DNA of 64,000 nucleotides, from the IMG/VR virus record IMGVR_UViG_3300025098_000028. One strand, 5' to 3'. Made by a program: the position numbers and the translations under genes. Below, in pieces: positions 31,786 through 41,046 of this stretch. The stretch's first letter is position 1. Each line of letters opens with the position of its first letter. The stretch is from an uncultured virus (IMG/VR IMGVR_UViG_3300025098_000028). Its lineage: Duplodnaviria > Heunggongvirae > Uroviricota > Caudoviricetes. The notes below the pieces were generated by a model. That model saw only the letters and a program-made list of their open reading frames with translations. It was not told the origin of the DNA and searched no databases.

Positions 31786-31929
31786 TTATAGAACCTTCGA
31801 CGCAATAGGTTTTCCTTCTTTAATCCAGCATTCTTTACATAAACCAAATGGGTAGGCTTTATCTGCAATATAGCAACAGGCGGAGAAGGATAGTTCGGTT
31901 GATTTTTTCCAAACCAACCATTCCTTCAT
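31786..31929 (-). CDS. Small Cys-rich protein (47 aa)
   Basis: Not in ORF track: MKEWLVWKKSTELSFSACCYIADKAYPFGLCKECWIKEGKPIASKVL; starts 2 nt after the upstream stop. Confidence 0.5.
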   Translation of the reverse strand: MKEWLVWKKSTELSFSACCYIADKAYPFGLCKECWIKEGKPIASKVL

Positions 31930-31931
31930 GT

Positions 31932-33296
31932 TCAAGCAATTATTCCTCCGATATTTTCTAAATCGTCCATTATAGACATCTTACAATTGTTCTTGTATTT
32001 CTGTATATCATCTAGATATATTCCTTCTTTTAGCCAATCATACCCAACATGGTCTTTATGATTCTCCCACTTCATTAGTTTGAAAATCTCATCACATCTT
32101 CCCTTATACCAATCAGCCTTCTTATATGACTTCTTCATTCGTATAAGTTCTAGGAGTAGTTTAGCATTACCCTTTTTTAGTCTAAAATGCGGAAGACACT
32201 TTGTCAGCAATTGTTTAACATCACCTTGAGAATAAAAATTTAAACGATTTATGAGCCTAGTATTTTGTGGTGACTTTTGGTCTAGATGCATTTTACCAAA
32301 ACCTATTGATTTGTGCATTTCCTGCATGAATGCCTTTCCTCTTTCACCCGTAGCAACAAGACCCACTCTAGGATTCATGTTCCTGTCTAAAGTAATAAAT
32401 CCATCCGAGTCAATAAAAGCCGCAGTATAAGCCCAAATATTCTTCTTAATCATTGAAGGCATCTTATAGTATGACCCTCTATAGGAAGTAATATCTAATT
32501 TTTTGATTGCTTTGGATATTGAGTTAGGGCTACTTATTTTGAAAAGTGATGTTGGCATTCTTTCATGTATTTCTTTTGCTGTTATTCCTTGATTTTCACA
32601 GACCGCCTTCACTATAAAATCTTCTTGCATTTCTTTCTTAGTTTTGTTAATTGATTGGTCAGTTATTTTATTTATGGTCTTTCTAAATTCTTTTTTTGCA
32701 CTTACCATTTCTTTGTGCAATTCAGAATAATCTTGCCCATAAGCCATTCCTTTTTGATTCTGTTCTGCTTCCCAAAACTTACATAGAGAATCAATAGTTT
32801 CTCTTCTTAGTTCAGCACTCTTCATTTTATTTAATTTGTATAGGTCTTTTTCATTGTATCTCATTTTAGATAAAGGTATAGTATAATCCGATAACCATGT
32901 AATAGAGCCTATGCACTTTTGTAAATAATCAGCATAAGCATCTATCATTGTGTCAATGGCCTTAGTCATTTTTTCTCTATGTTCTCCCTTTAGTTTTCTC
33001 CTAGCCTTTCTCATTTTTTTAACCAAATCGGGAACACTTTGTTCTTGAATAATATATTCATCGGGGAATGTATCTAGTTGTTTTCTAGCCTCACTAGCGT
33101 TTATATTATAGTGAGTAGATAGTTTAACTATTTCTTCATGCTCCGATAAAACCCCTTGATTGGAAAATATACTTTTCAGTTCTACCCCTAGTTGTCTTTC
33201 GGCTTCATCCATGACTTCTTCTTCCTCTTCATCTAACTCGGCTAACCTTTCCATTTGTTCAGCCGCTTGACGATACTTTTCTGCTTGTTCTGTCAT
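31932..33296 (-). CDS. Helical + wHTH + LAGLIDADG-domain protein
   Basis: WAYTAAFIDSDGFI motif and LLTKCLPHFRLKK downstream motif; wHTH-like IVKAVCENQGITAKEI..SISKAIKKL. Confidence 0.75.
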   Translation of the reverse strand: MTEQAEKYRQAAEQMERLAELDEEEEEVMDEAERQLGVELKSIFSNQGVLSEHEEIVKLSTHYNINASEARKQLDTFPDEYIIQEQSVPDLVKKMRKARRKLKGEHREKMTKAIDTMIDAYADYLQKCIGSITWLSDYTIPLSKMRYNEKDLYKLNKMKSAELRRETIDSLCKFWEAEQNQKGMAYGQDYSELHKEMVSAKKEFRKTINKITDQSINKTKKEMQEDFIVKAVCENQGITAKEIHERMPTSLFKISSPNSISKAIKKLDITSYRGSYYKMPSMIKKNIWAYTAAFIDSDGFITLDRNMNPRVGLVATGERGKAFMQEMHKSIGFGKMHLDQKSPQNTRLINRLNFYSQGDVKQLLTKCLPHFRLKKGNAKLLLELIRMKKSYKKADWYKGRCDEIFKLMKWENHKDHVGYDWLKEGIYLDDIQKYKNNCKMSIMDDLENIGGIIA

Positions 33297-33305
33297 ATAA
33301 TCACC

Positions 33306-34736
33306 TTAGAAGTTCAGCCCCATCGGATTTATTCTGCCTTTTCTAACTTGTGGCTTGGAATCCTCAAATATACCCATATCATCTAATAAAATAAAACTAT
33401 CAGTTGCTTGATAAGTTGCCGCATTCGCTAATGCTAGGCTCATAACCATGTCATCATGCGCTCCGACACCCTCAAATTTACCCCTTTCTGTAATGGCAAA
33501 CATTGATAATTCCTCTAATAAAACACTAGTAACTCTTCTGCTTTCTTCATTCCCATAAGGAAAGTTCATCTTACCGTTCTCCAAAGTCATCTGTAAATTT
33601 AAAATTATTTCTTGTTTCTTTCTTCTAGTAGTATTAAAATCATGAATATTTAAATCAGCGACTTGTCGCAACTCTTGCGTAAACGATTTAGCGAATGTAT
33701 TTGTTTCAAACAGTATTGCTTCCGGTCTAAACAATTGCCCTATCAGTTTTACTTTCTGTATGTTCTCTCTAAACTCTACATTTTTAGACCTATCAACATA
33801 CACTACTGATTTATTTTCTTCTTCATCCATTTCTATTACAGTAATTACATTGTAGTCACCATCAGTAGAAATAGCAGGGTCTACACCCACAAAATATTTG
33901 TAGGCTTCACGCTTTAATGGCTTCAAAACTAAATCTTTATTTTTGGCATTATCTAAATGTTCGGGATTAAATAGAGAAGTTCCTGTAGATATAGGAACAC
34001 ACATATATTCTCTTGTGAACATCATAGAACCTACTTCCGCTTTACGAGCCATTAATGCTTCATAGTTCCATCTTTCAGGCCAAAGCGGTTCATTTAGAGC
34101 ATTAAGACAAGGATAAGTATTGACAGTATAAGCAGGATTTTCAGCAAGTTGTTGGTAAATATCTGTGTAACTAAATGGAGTTCCAATAACTCTTAAAGAA
34201 GCAGTATGGTGAAGTGTTGGTATCATGTCACCATAAAACCAATCTGTGACTTTTTGAATACCAGTCATACTAAATTCCTTCAAAGGGTCGTCAATAATAA
34301 TCTCTTGAGGATGAAGTCCACGAATCTGTGAACCGACGGAACGCTCTAAGATTTGATTACCGTTAGTCAATGTAATGTTTCCAATAGCCCAACCCCTAGC
34401 GGGTTTGTATTTTTTAAGCATAGGGTGAGTAAACATTTTGTCAATATCTCTCATGTGAACTAAAGTCTGTTTTTGGTTAGAAGAAATATATAGCATTTGA
34501 TAAGGAGGCTCTTCAAAAATTAATTTCCATACTACCCAAGCATGCATGAATACTGATTTCCCATGGTCACGACTACAAATAATTACAGTTCTTTGAGTAG
34601 TTTCCATAAGTTCATGCCACTCTTGAATATATGAAGGAAAGTCAAACCCAAGAACATTTTGAAAGAAATATGGAAAAGAATTTTTAGATAACTCCATATC
34701 CATTCGATGTTCGAAATTAAATCCTTCTAATTCCAT
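33306..34736 (-). CDS. terL: Terminase large subunit
   Basis: Walker A CSRDHGKS, Walker B EIIIDD, coupling motif IGTP, nuclease VGVDPA and HDDMVMSLALA. Confidence 0.93.
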   Translation of the reverse strand: MELEGFNFEHRMDMELSKNSFPYFFQNVLGFDFPSYIQEWHELMETTQRTVIICSRDHGKSVFMHAWVVWKLIFEEPPYQMLYISSNQKQTLVHMRDIDKMFTHPMLKKYKPARGWAIGNITLTNGNQILERSVGSQIRGLHPQEIIIDDPLKEFSMTGIQKVTDWFYGDMIPTLHHTASLRVIGTPFSYTDIYQQLAENPAYTVNTYPCLNALNEPLWPERWNYEALMARKAEVGSMMFTREYMCVPISTGTSLFNPEHLDNAKNKDLVLKPLKREAYKYFVGVDPAISTDGDYNVITVIEMDEEENKSVVYVDRSKNVEFRENIQKVKLIGQLFRPEAILFETNTFAKSFTQELRQVADLNIHDFNTTRRKKQEIILNLQMTLENGKMNFPYGNEESRRVTSVLLEELSMFAITERGKFEGVGAHDDMVMSLALANAATYQATDSFILLDDMGIFEDSKPQVRKGRINPMGLNF

Positions 34737-34746
34737 GATATTTCAC

Positions 34747-35211
34747 CTAGTCCTCTTTGTAGGGGCGATATCTAAACATAGGCAAAACCTTCATTTGGTT
34801 ATACATATCCTCGGGCATTATATCATCTACTTGAGAATACTCTTCTATTCTTAACCCTCCTCTTTTTTCTACCATGTCAAATAGTCTTTGATTATCTGTT
34901 CCTTTTAATGGATTTAATAAAGTCACTTGTGCTTTATCCGAGCCTAGTTTGGAATCCCTATATTTGAGAACCTTACCATAAGAACCTTTGACAAATGAAA
35001 AACTGTTTCCTACAAAATAAAACTTATCGAATTCTTTGAATGAAGTATATCCTTTTAGTTTTCCAGTATCGTCATCGAAATCTGCAACAATATTAAGAGG
35101 ATGAATAATAGAAGGATATCCTTTATCTTCTGCCTTTATGAATTCATCTAGGTCTAAGAGTTTCTCTTCGGGTAGAATCTCTATCCTCTTTAATATGTTC
35201 CACCAAGACAT
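34747..35211 (-). CDS. Tagged hypothetical protein (MSWWNILK)
   Basis: Start reassigned to the Met just after the upstream stop. Confidence 0.6.
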   Translation of the reverse strand: MSWWNILKRIEILPEEKLLDLDEFIKAEDKGYPSIIHPLNIVADFDDDTGKLKGYTSFKEFDKFYFVGNSFSFVKGSYGKVLKYRDSKLGSDKAQVTLLNPLKGTDNQRLFDMVEKRGGLRIEEYSQVDDIMPEDMYNQMKVLPMFRYRPYKED

Positions 35212-35212
35212 T

Positions 35213-35581
35213 TCAACTACCTTTACGCCACTTTTTGTTTTTCTTTTCTTTGGTTTTCTTAGGACTCCATTTTTCTTTATTAGCCCAATAAGCCGCAGAC
35301 ATTTTCCCACGCTTGATATTTTCAGCATGACGAGATTTGAAGGCTTCTCTTTGCCCTTTAGTTTGATTTGTTTTGACACCTTTCTGTCCGAATTTCATGT
35401 ATTTTGCTTTCTTACTTTTGGCATCCCAAGCCATTACATGATGAGACTTGCTTTTATCATCTCTTAGTGCCTGTGCGTCATTCAATCCGGAAAGACCTTT
35501 TTTTCTTGCTCTTTCCAATGCCCGTTTTCTAGGACTTTTGGGTTTCTTTTTCTTTTTGAGAATATCCATCCAATCACTCAT
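35213..35581 (-). CDS. Tagged basic protein, DUF5754-like (MSDWMDILK)
   Basis: KFGQKG..REAFKSRH..SAAYWA motif recalled from small basic viral proteins; family name from memory. Confidence 0.55.
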   Translation of the reverse strand: MSDWMDILKKKKKPKSPRKRALERARKKGLSGLNDAQALRDDKSKSHHVMAWDAKSKKAKYMKFGQKGVKTNQTKGQREAFKSRHAENIKRGKMSAAYWANKEKWSPKKTKEKKNKKWRKGS

Positions 35582-36149
35582 ACGCATCACCTATTAGATA
35601 TCCTAATTTCTTTCCTGCTTCTATATCGCTAGGGTAGTGGCTACCCATTTGAATTCTAGATAGTGATATTCTATCAGCCATTTGTTTTAACTCTTTCTTC
35701 TTATTTGGGTATTTTTTACCTAACACTCTTTCTAAACCATGTGCGGCCATTGAGTGACCACTAGGAAAAGCAGGAGTATCGTCTGTAGTTGTTTTAGTGG
35801 ATTTAATTTTATTACTTATTTGATGGGGTCTTGGTCTTTGGTATTTCATTTTTAATGACATGGCATAATAATTAATATCTTTAATTAAATCTTCATAGTC
35901 TTCTTTATCTGCACCGACAATATCAAACATCTCTTTTTGCGGCTTAAGGTCTGCATCTTCCATTTGTTTTGGATTTAGTTTTTTCTCTTTAATTATTTTT
36001 AATATGGCGGGTATTTCTGTCTCTTCTTTTGGATAACTTAGTTTAGGAATATCTATTTTTATTTTTGGACTCCTCTCAAGCATAGCCTTTTTCTTACTAG
36101 AAAGTGTGCCTTGCCACTTTCTTTTCTTGAGAATATCCATCCAACTCAT
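35574..36149 (-). CDS. PAP2-family phosphatase, tagged (MSWMDILK)
   Basis: C1 KMKYQRPRP, C2 PAFPSGHS, C3 SRIQMGSHYPSD. Confidence 0.88.
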   Translation of the reverse strand: MSWMDILKKRKWQGTLSSKKKAMLERSPKIKIDIPKLSYPKEETEIPAILKIIKEKKLNPKQMEDADLKPQKEMFDIVGADKEDYEDLIKDINYYAMSLKMKYQRPRPHQISNKIKSTKTTTDDTPAFPSGHSMAAHGLERVLGKKYPNKKKELKQMADRISLSRIQMGSHYPSDIEAGKKLGYLIGDAYE

Positions 36150-36153
36150 GCTA

Positions 36154-36504
36154 TCACTTCGGGTTATGAGTATAAATATCTCCGTCTTTGTGCATGAATA
36201 CTTTACCGTCTTTTTCTAATTCGGCTAAGGCTCGTTTTATTTCTGCCTCTTCACCAAACTGTTTTAGATTTTTCATACCTAATGCCCCGCCTTCTTTTTT
36301 AATTTCGGCAAGTATTTTTGCTTTTATATCTTGCTTAACCATTCTTCCAACGGAAGACCTTTGCCTTGCCCCTTTACCTGTTTTTCTTCTAACTATTTTT
36401 TCGGCTTTTTCACGCATCATGTTTCTAAATCGCATTAAGTCTTGAACTTGTTTTTCTTCTTCGGGCGTTAAAGGCGGTGCCTTCAGTATATCTTTCCATG
36501 TCAT
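36154..36504 (-). CDS. Tagged protein with C-terminal wHTH-like domain (MTWKDILK)
   Basis: KILAEIKKEGGALGMKNL..IKRALAELEKDGKVF pattern. Confidence 0.55.
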   Translation of the reverse strand: MTWKDILKAPPLTPEEEKQVQDLMRFRNMMREKAEKIVRRKTGKGARQRSSVGRMVKQDIKAKILAEIKKEGGALGMKNLKQFGEEAEIKRALAELEKDGKVFMHKDGDIYTHNPK

Positions 36505-36534
36505 GCTTTCATCCTCTTTGTTTTTCTTTTTCAT

Positions 36535-37263
36535 TTAACCACCTATACCGTATTTAATTTCTAATAGCCTTAACTGCAATAACAATAAAAATAATTCTTT
36601 AGGTCGTTTCATTGATACACCAACTGCATTACCTATGAACATATCCATATCATTTTTTGATATTTGTTCGCTAGTGCTTAGATTATTAAATAACTTAGGG
36701 AAAGTATCAAGACCTTGTTCTAGTTCATCTTTAGTTATATTAAATATTTTATATCCAAACAAACTATCAATATTGGTTGCTGTTGCTACTGCTTTAGCAG
36801 ATGCAGTAGTTAAAACATCGGCAGCGATAAGATTGCTTTTGAATATAGTATAATATTTATTAAATTCATTAGTAGGCATAACTTCAAAATCAACTTTATT
36901 TTCAGACCCAGTTCCTCCAAGCATTATATGTTGCCTTCCTGTCATCATCGTAGTATCATTAAAATCATAAAATAATTCTACTTCATCTTCTGTTAATTTT
37001 GCGACATTTATTATGGGCTTACCTGTTATTCTAAAATCTCCACCTGTGCTACCGAATAAAGCATAAGGCATAGACTCATATATATTTGTAGACCAATATT
37101 CGCTTGAACCACCTTCTTGATTTCCTTGATAAATAGTTTCCACTATTTTTTCATCAAACTTTGGTAGTCCTTCTTGCCAATAACTACCAGTTTCTCTTTC
37201 ATCAAAATTAGGATTTTTTAATCTATATGGAGACTTTAGAATATTTTTCCACAAAATATTCAC
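36535..37263 (-). CDS. Tagged hypothetical protein (LWKNILKS)
   Basis: Coupled ORF with the tag near its N-terminus. Confidence 0.55.
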   Translation of the reverse strand: MNILWKNILKSPYRLKNPNFDERETGSYWQEGLPKFDEKIVETIYQGNQEGGSSEYWSTNIYESMPYALFGSTGGDFRITGKPIINVAKLTEDEVELFYDFNDTTMMTGRQHIMLGGTGSENKVDFEVMPTNEFNKYYTIFKSNLIAADVLTTASAKAVATATNIDSLFGYKIFNITKDELEQGLDTFPKLFNNLSTSEQISKNDMDMFIGNAVGVSMKRPKELFLLLLQLRLLEIKYGIGG

Positions 37264-37748
37264 CTCCCCATATCAAAGGATTCTTCTAAATCTTTGGCGT
37301 ATCTAAGCATGTTTCTGCCTTCTCTAATCCTTCTTCTATTGCCAGTAATTAACAACTCGCCAGTTAATTTCATCATCTTTATTGTTTTTTGAAACATGGC
37401 TTCTGTTCCTTCATCTAATTTATCGGAGTATTTTCTACGCTGTGTATATTTCCCCCTTTCAAAATCCTTCAAAACATTTTCAACTATTCCGTTGTTGATT
37501 CCTTGTTGTAGACTACCCTGTGATAATTCAAGCCATCTACCATCAGCATAAAATTCAGCAAGAAAACTATAATACTCTTCAAATTTTTCCTGTGGAACTT
37601 GTATTGGTACTGAAGAAAGATTCTGTGGTTTAGATGTAAAGACATTACCTATATTTTGTTTAGTTCCTTTTCTTTGTAACCAAAGATTAGCATTAGCGGC
37701 CATTCTGCCAACTATTGCTGTCTGTTTGATTACTTTGAACCAAGACAT
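37260..37748 (-). CDS. Tagged hypothetical protein (MSWFKVIK)
   Basis: Coupled ORF. Confidence 0.55.
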   Translation of the reverse strand: MSWFKVIKQTAIVGRMAANANLWLQRKGTKQNIGNVFTSKPQNLSSVPIQVPQEKFEEYYSFLAEFYADGRWLELSQGSLQQGINNGIVENVLKDFERGKYTQRRKYSDKLDEGTEAMFQKTIKMMKLTGELLITGNRRRIREGRNMLRYAKDLEESFDMGR

Positions 37749-37749
37749 A

Positions 37750-38025
37750 TCATCTACCTTCTACTCTACGATATACCTTTTTAGCAGTCTTTCCTCTAGG
37801 AACATGCTGTTTTCCCTTTTTCTTTCCTTCGCTTTTCTTGCGATTTTCATATGCCTTTTGGTTATCAGTAAGTGCATCTGCTACTGCTTTAGGGGCATAC
37901 CTATCATTTTTTCCATCACCAAGAGGTTGCCAATTTTCTTTATTCCATTCATCCATATCTTTTTGCTTATCGGTTAAACCTTTAAGAATATTCCACCAAT
38001 TACTTTTTATTGACAAAACCGCCAC
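37750..38025 (-). CDS. Tagged small basic protein (WWNILK), resembling the C-terminal part of DUF5872-associated proteins
   Basis: QKDMDEWNKENWQ..RYAPK..GKQHVP motif; exact start uncertain. Confidence 0.5.
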   Translation of the reverse strand: MAVLSIKSNWWNILKGLTDKQKDMDEWNKENWQPLGDGKNDRYAPKAVADALTDNQKAYENRKKSEGKKKGKQHVPRGKTAKKVYRRVEGR

Positions 38026-38512
38026 CTGCCTTTTGATATCTTCTATTTAGTTCTTGAGATTTACGGGCAGACCACTGACCTGCGGCAGTTCCATGAGTAT
38101 TTTGATTAAGTAAAGTTGCGTGTATTCTTTCCCTTAGTTTCGGTTGAGTATATACTCCTTTAGGCGCAGTATATCCTGATTTCTTTTTCTTTTTCTTTAG
38201 AATATCTTGCCAAGACTTACCTAATGTTTTATTAAAACTTCCATCTTGGAGTTGCCTATATCCTGCTCTAGTAGCGGCTCCTTTCATACTCATGCTAATT
38301 TTCCTAGACATTTTTTCTCCCATGTTTCTAAAATCCCTAGTAAGGGCGTTTTTGGTTCCTTGAGTTTCTAATTTTTTAAGCAAGTTTTCATAGAATTCTC
38401 TATACTCGCTATAATCTAATCTAAACTCGTCACCCAAATTCATCAAAGCAAATGCTTTATCTGCTGTTTCACTAGGTATCTTATATTTTGCTTTGTTTAA
38501 TATTTCTGTCAT
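38000..38512 (-). CDS. Protein with internal SWQDILK tag and DUF5872-like domain
   Basis: YTQPKLRERI..GQWSARKSQ..YQKAGGGF motif; family name from memory. Confidence 0.6.
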   Translation of the reverse strand: MTEILNKAKYKIPSETADKAFALMNLGDEFRLDYSEYREFYENLLKKLETQGTKNALTRDFRNMGEKMSRKISMSMKGAATRAGYRQLQDGSFNKTLGKSWQDILKKKKKKSGYTAPKGVYTQPKLRERIHATLLNQNTHGTAAGQWSARKSQELNRRYQKAGGGFVNKK

Positions 38513-38517
38513 AATTA

Positions 38518-41046
38518 TCACCTAAATTCTGCCTTAATAAGATATACTTGGTCTGCACTTATTCCATATTCTTTTGCTATATTGTTGTGAGAATCGTCAC
38601 CCGTAACTATCTTTTCTACTTCATAAACGCTCAAATCAATCTGTTGCTCTACTTGCATTTTATTAATTACTTTATTTATTCCGTGAGTATTGAGTATTCT
38701 TCGGCCATGAACAACCTCTTTTCCTAATTGCTTTCTAATAATATCGTGAGCCTTCAGCATCTTATGCAATAGAACTGGCAAGTCTATTTGGACATTTTCA
38801 AATAAATCTTTGAGTCTATTGTATTGTTTTCTTTTGGTAGAATCCTGCGTTAATGCTCCTTGATTTCGGTCTAACCATGTAGGCAAGGCAAATATTGGGA
38901 ATCCTTGTTTTTTATTGTGCTGTTCATAAAACGCATCATACCTTTCTTTGATTGTCTTTCGTGCAAACTTTCTTTTTCCGAACTTTTCTAGTTTTTCTTC
39001 ATCAAATGCATCTTTAGCAAAATGGTAAATTATAGCGGCACAATAATTATCATTTTCTTCTTCCTTTCCGAATATTCTAGTTAATCCATCAGCCGCTTCC
39101 ACGCCTTCATCTATCAAATCTGCCCCAATTGTAACTCCCGAATCAAACATATTTTCTAAAAAGTCGGCTATGCTTCGTAAATCATCGTTGCTAGCCTCAT
39201 TTAAACTTCCCTCAAATGCCATTTCTATGGAACTAGATAAGACAGTCTCCACTCCTAAATCTACACTGAGTAATTGGAAAACTTGTGTACCTAAACTTCT
39301 TCCAAAGGTAGGAACGGAAATCGGTAAATAACCTGCATAAATAGGATTGAAGAAATATTCTACTGCTGATTTCATCATCTTTTTTAGCGCATCGGAAACT
39401 TCTTCCATTACCTCTCTAAGTTCTCCACCTCTTTGTAGAGGAACAGGGAATTCTGTTTTAGGTGCGACTCCTAATCTTTTTTTATCTCTACTATCCATCA
39501 TTGAACCCCTCAATCCTGTAGAACTTCTAATTTGGACTTCTGCTCTAAATTGGTCTGCTGTCAATAGCCTATACAAATCTTCAAAGAAATCTTTAATCAT
39601 ATCTAAATTATCTAAACTTATTTTTTCACCATTAAGTGCTTCAAAACTCTCACCTTTAGGATAAGATTCAGCAAAGTTCGAATTAGTCATTACTGATATA
39701 GGTAGGGCAAATTTAGCCTTGTAGTCCTCATCTAAAACAGTAGTATCTTCCATCTCATCAGCCCATCTTTGTAAATCATATTGAGTGTTTAAAGAAATTA
39801 TTTCTTGGCCTTCTAGACCTTCTCTATTAGAGAGGCTTTCTTGTATATCCTGTAAAGCATCTAATAATTCTAATTCAGCCTCTTCTGTAATTGATACTAA
39901 TTTATTATTAGTATTATCTTCATAAATTAACAGTGGGTCTGCTACTGCTCTTAACTTTGAAACATCACCACTAAATTCGGTAGTGTTTTCATCAGTATAT
40001 TGCCCTAGACTTTCTCCGGATAGTGTCTGCCCTCCTCCCGCATCTTGGCTAAGACTAGACATTAAATCTGCTGTTAATTCAGAATTTATATCTGCAAAAC
40101 TAACAGGGTCATCTTCATATCTTTCTTCTAATGATTCTTTATCAAACAAATCTTCTGCTATCATTATGTTAAAGATAATGTTCCAAAACTTTTGTCTTCT
40201 ATTTGTGAAGTCTCTATCTACAGATGGGAAATAAGCAACATATTGTAACTTGTTTAAGTCTATTTTTTGTAAATCTTCTAAAGCGTCTTGAGCCTCATCA
40301 GCCTCTTCGGGAAATTGTAATTTTTCTAATTTCTCAAATAATTTTTCAGTATCTTCTTTGAACTGCTCGAACTTTTTAGTGGTACTATTCCAAAAATCAT
40401 AAATTTCTATTCTAGTAGATTTTTTAGATGCATCTGCTACTCCCAAATACCTCTTGACAGGAAACTTTCTTTCAACTATTGATATTTCTGCTTCTTTTTC
40501 TTCCATATCCTCCGATAATTTTTCTATAATAAAATCATAGTTATCGGCTAATATTTTCAAGTCATCGTTCTGTGAAGCCCCCGCTACTGCGGCCTGTAGA
40601 CTTTCATTTTCTAGTAAAGAAATGTCTTTATTTCGTATTTCTATATTTCTCCTATCCCTTAGTTTAATTTTAACCAAGTCATTATAGTCTACTAAAACAC
40701 CATCTACGACTATATTCATATCAAGTAGTGGCTGTATTACTGACCTAATTTGTTTGACTCCTCCTTCCAAAACCGCCCTAGTTCCTGTTCCGGACAAATT
40801 TCTTATTTGTTTGTTAAGGTCTTTTTTGAGTTCATCAGTTTCCTCTTTTATGTATTTTTTTCTAGCCTCTAAGTTTTGTGTAGTTTGTTCAGCCTCTTGG
40901 TTTGGTTTATCGGGAAATTTCTCGTTGGCTTCCTGTTCTATTTGTTCTATATATGGTGCAAGCATTCTTCCACGAATAGCCTTTCTTTGGACTTTATTTG
41001 CTTCACTTAGAAATTTAAGTTGTTCTTTATCAAATTCGACTTTCAT
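38518..41046 (-). CDS. Large acidic helical protein, candidate internal virion protein
   Basis: 842-aa ORF; short HTH-like C-terminal domain after an MLKA motif. Confidence 0.55.
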   Translation of the reverse strand: MKVEFDKEQLKFLSEANKVQRKAIRGRMLAPYIEQIEQEANEKFPDKPNQEAEQTTQNLEARKKYIKEETDELKKDLNKQIRNLSGTGTRAVLEGGVKQIRSVIQPLLDMNIVVDGVLVDYNDLVKIKLRDRRNIEIRNKDISLLENESLQAAVAGASQNDDLKILADNYDFIIEKLSEDMEEKEAEISIVERKFPVKRYLGVADASKKSTRIEIYDFWNSTTKKFEQFKEDTEKLFEKLEKLQFPEEADEAQDALEDLQKIDLNKLQYVAYFPSVDRDFTNRRQKFWNIIFNIMIAEDLFDKESLEERYEDDPVSFADINSELTADLMSSLSQDAGGGQTLSGESLGQYTDENTTEFSGDVSKLRAVADPLLIYEDNTNNKLVSITEEAELELLDALQDIQESLSNREGLEGQEIISLNTQYDLQRWADEMEDTTVLDEDYKAKFALPISVMTNSNFAESYPKGESFEALNGEKISLDNLDMIKDFFEDLYRLLTADQFRAEVQIRSSTGLRGSMMDSRDKKRLGVAPKTEFPVPLQRGGELREVMEEVSDALKKMMKSAVEYFFNPIYAGYLPISVPTFGRSLGTQVFQLLSVDLGVETVLSSSIEMAFEGSLNEASNDDLRSIADFLENMFDSGVTIGADLIDEGVEAADGLTRIFGKEEENDNYCAAIIYHFAKDAFDEEKLEKFGKRKFARKTIKERYDAFYEQHNKKQGFPIFALPTWLDRNQGALTQDSTKRKQYNRLKDLFENVQIDLPVLLHKMLKAHDIIRKQLGKEVVHGRRILNTHGINKVINKMQVEQQIDLSVYEVEKIVTGDDSHNNIAKEYGISADQVYLIKAEFR

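Noticed and set aside
31932..34736. Intein or intron in terL suggested by the adjacent LAGLIDADG ORF
   Set aside because: terL is intact with all motifs contiguous; the LAGLIDADG ORF has its own SD and no splice-junction residues.
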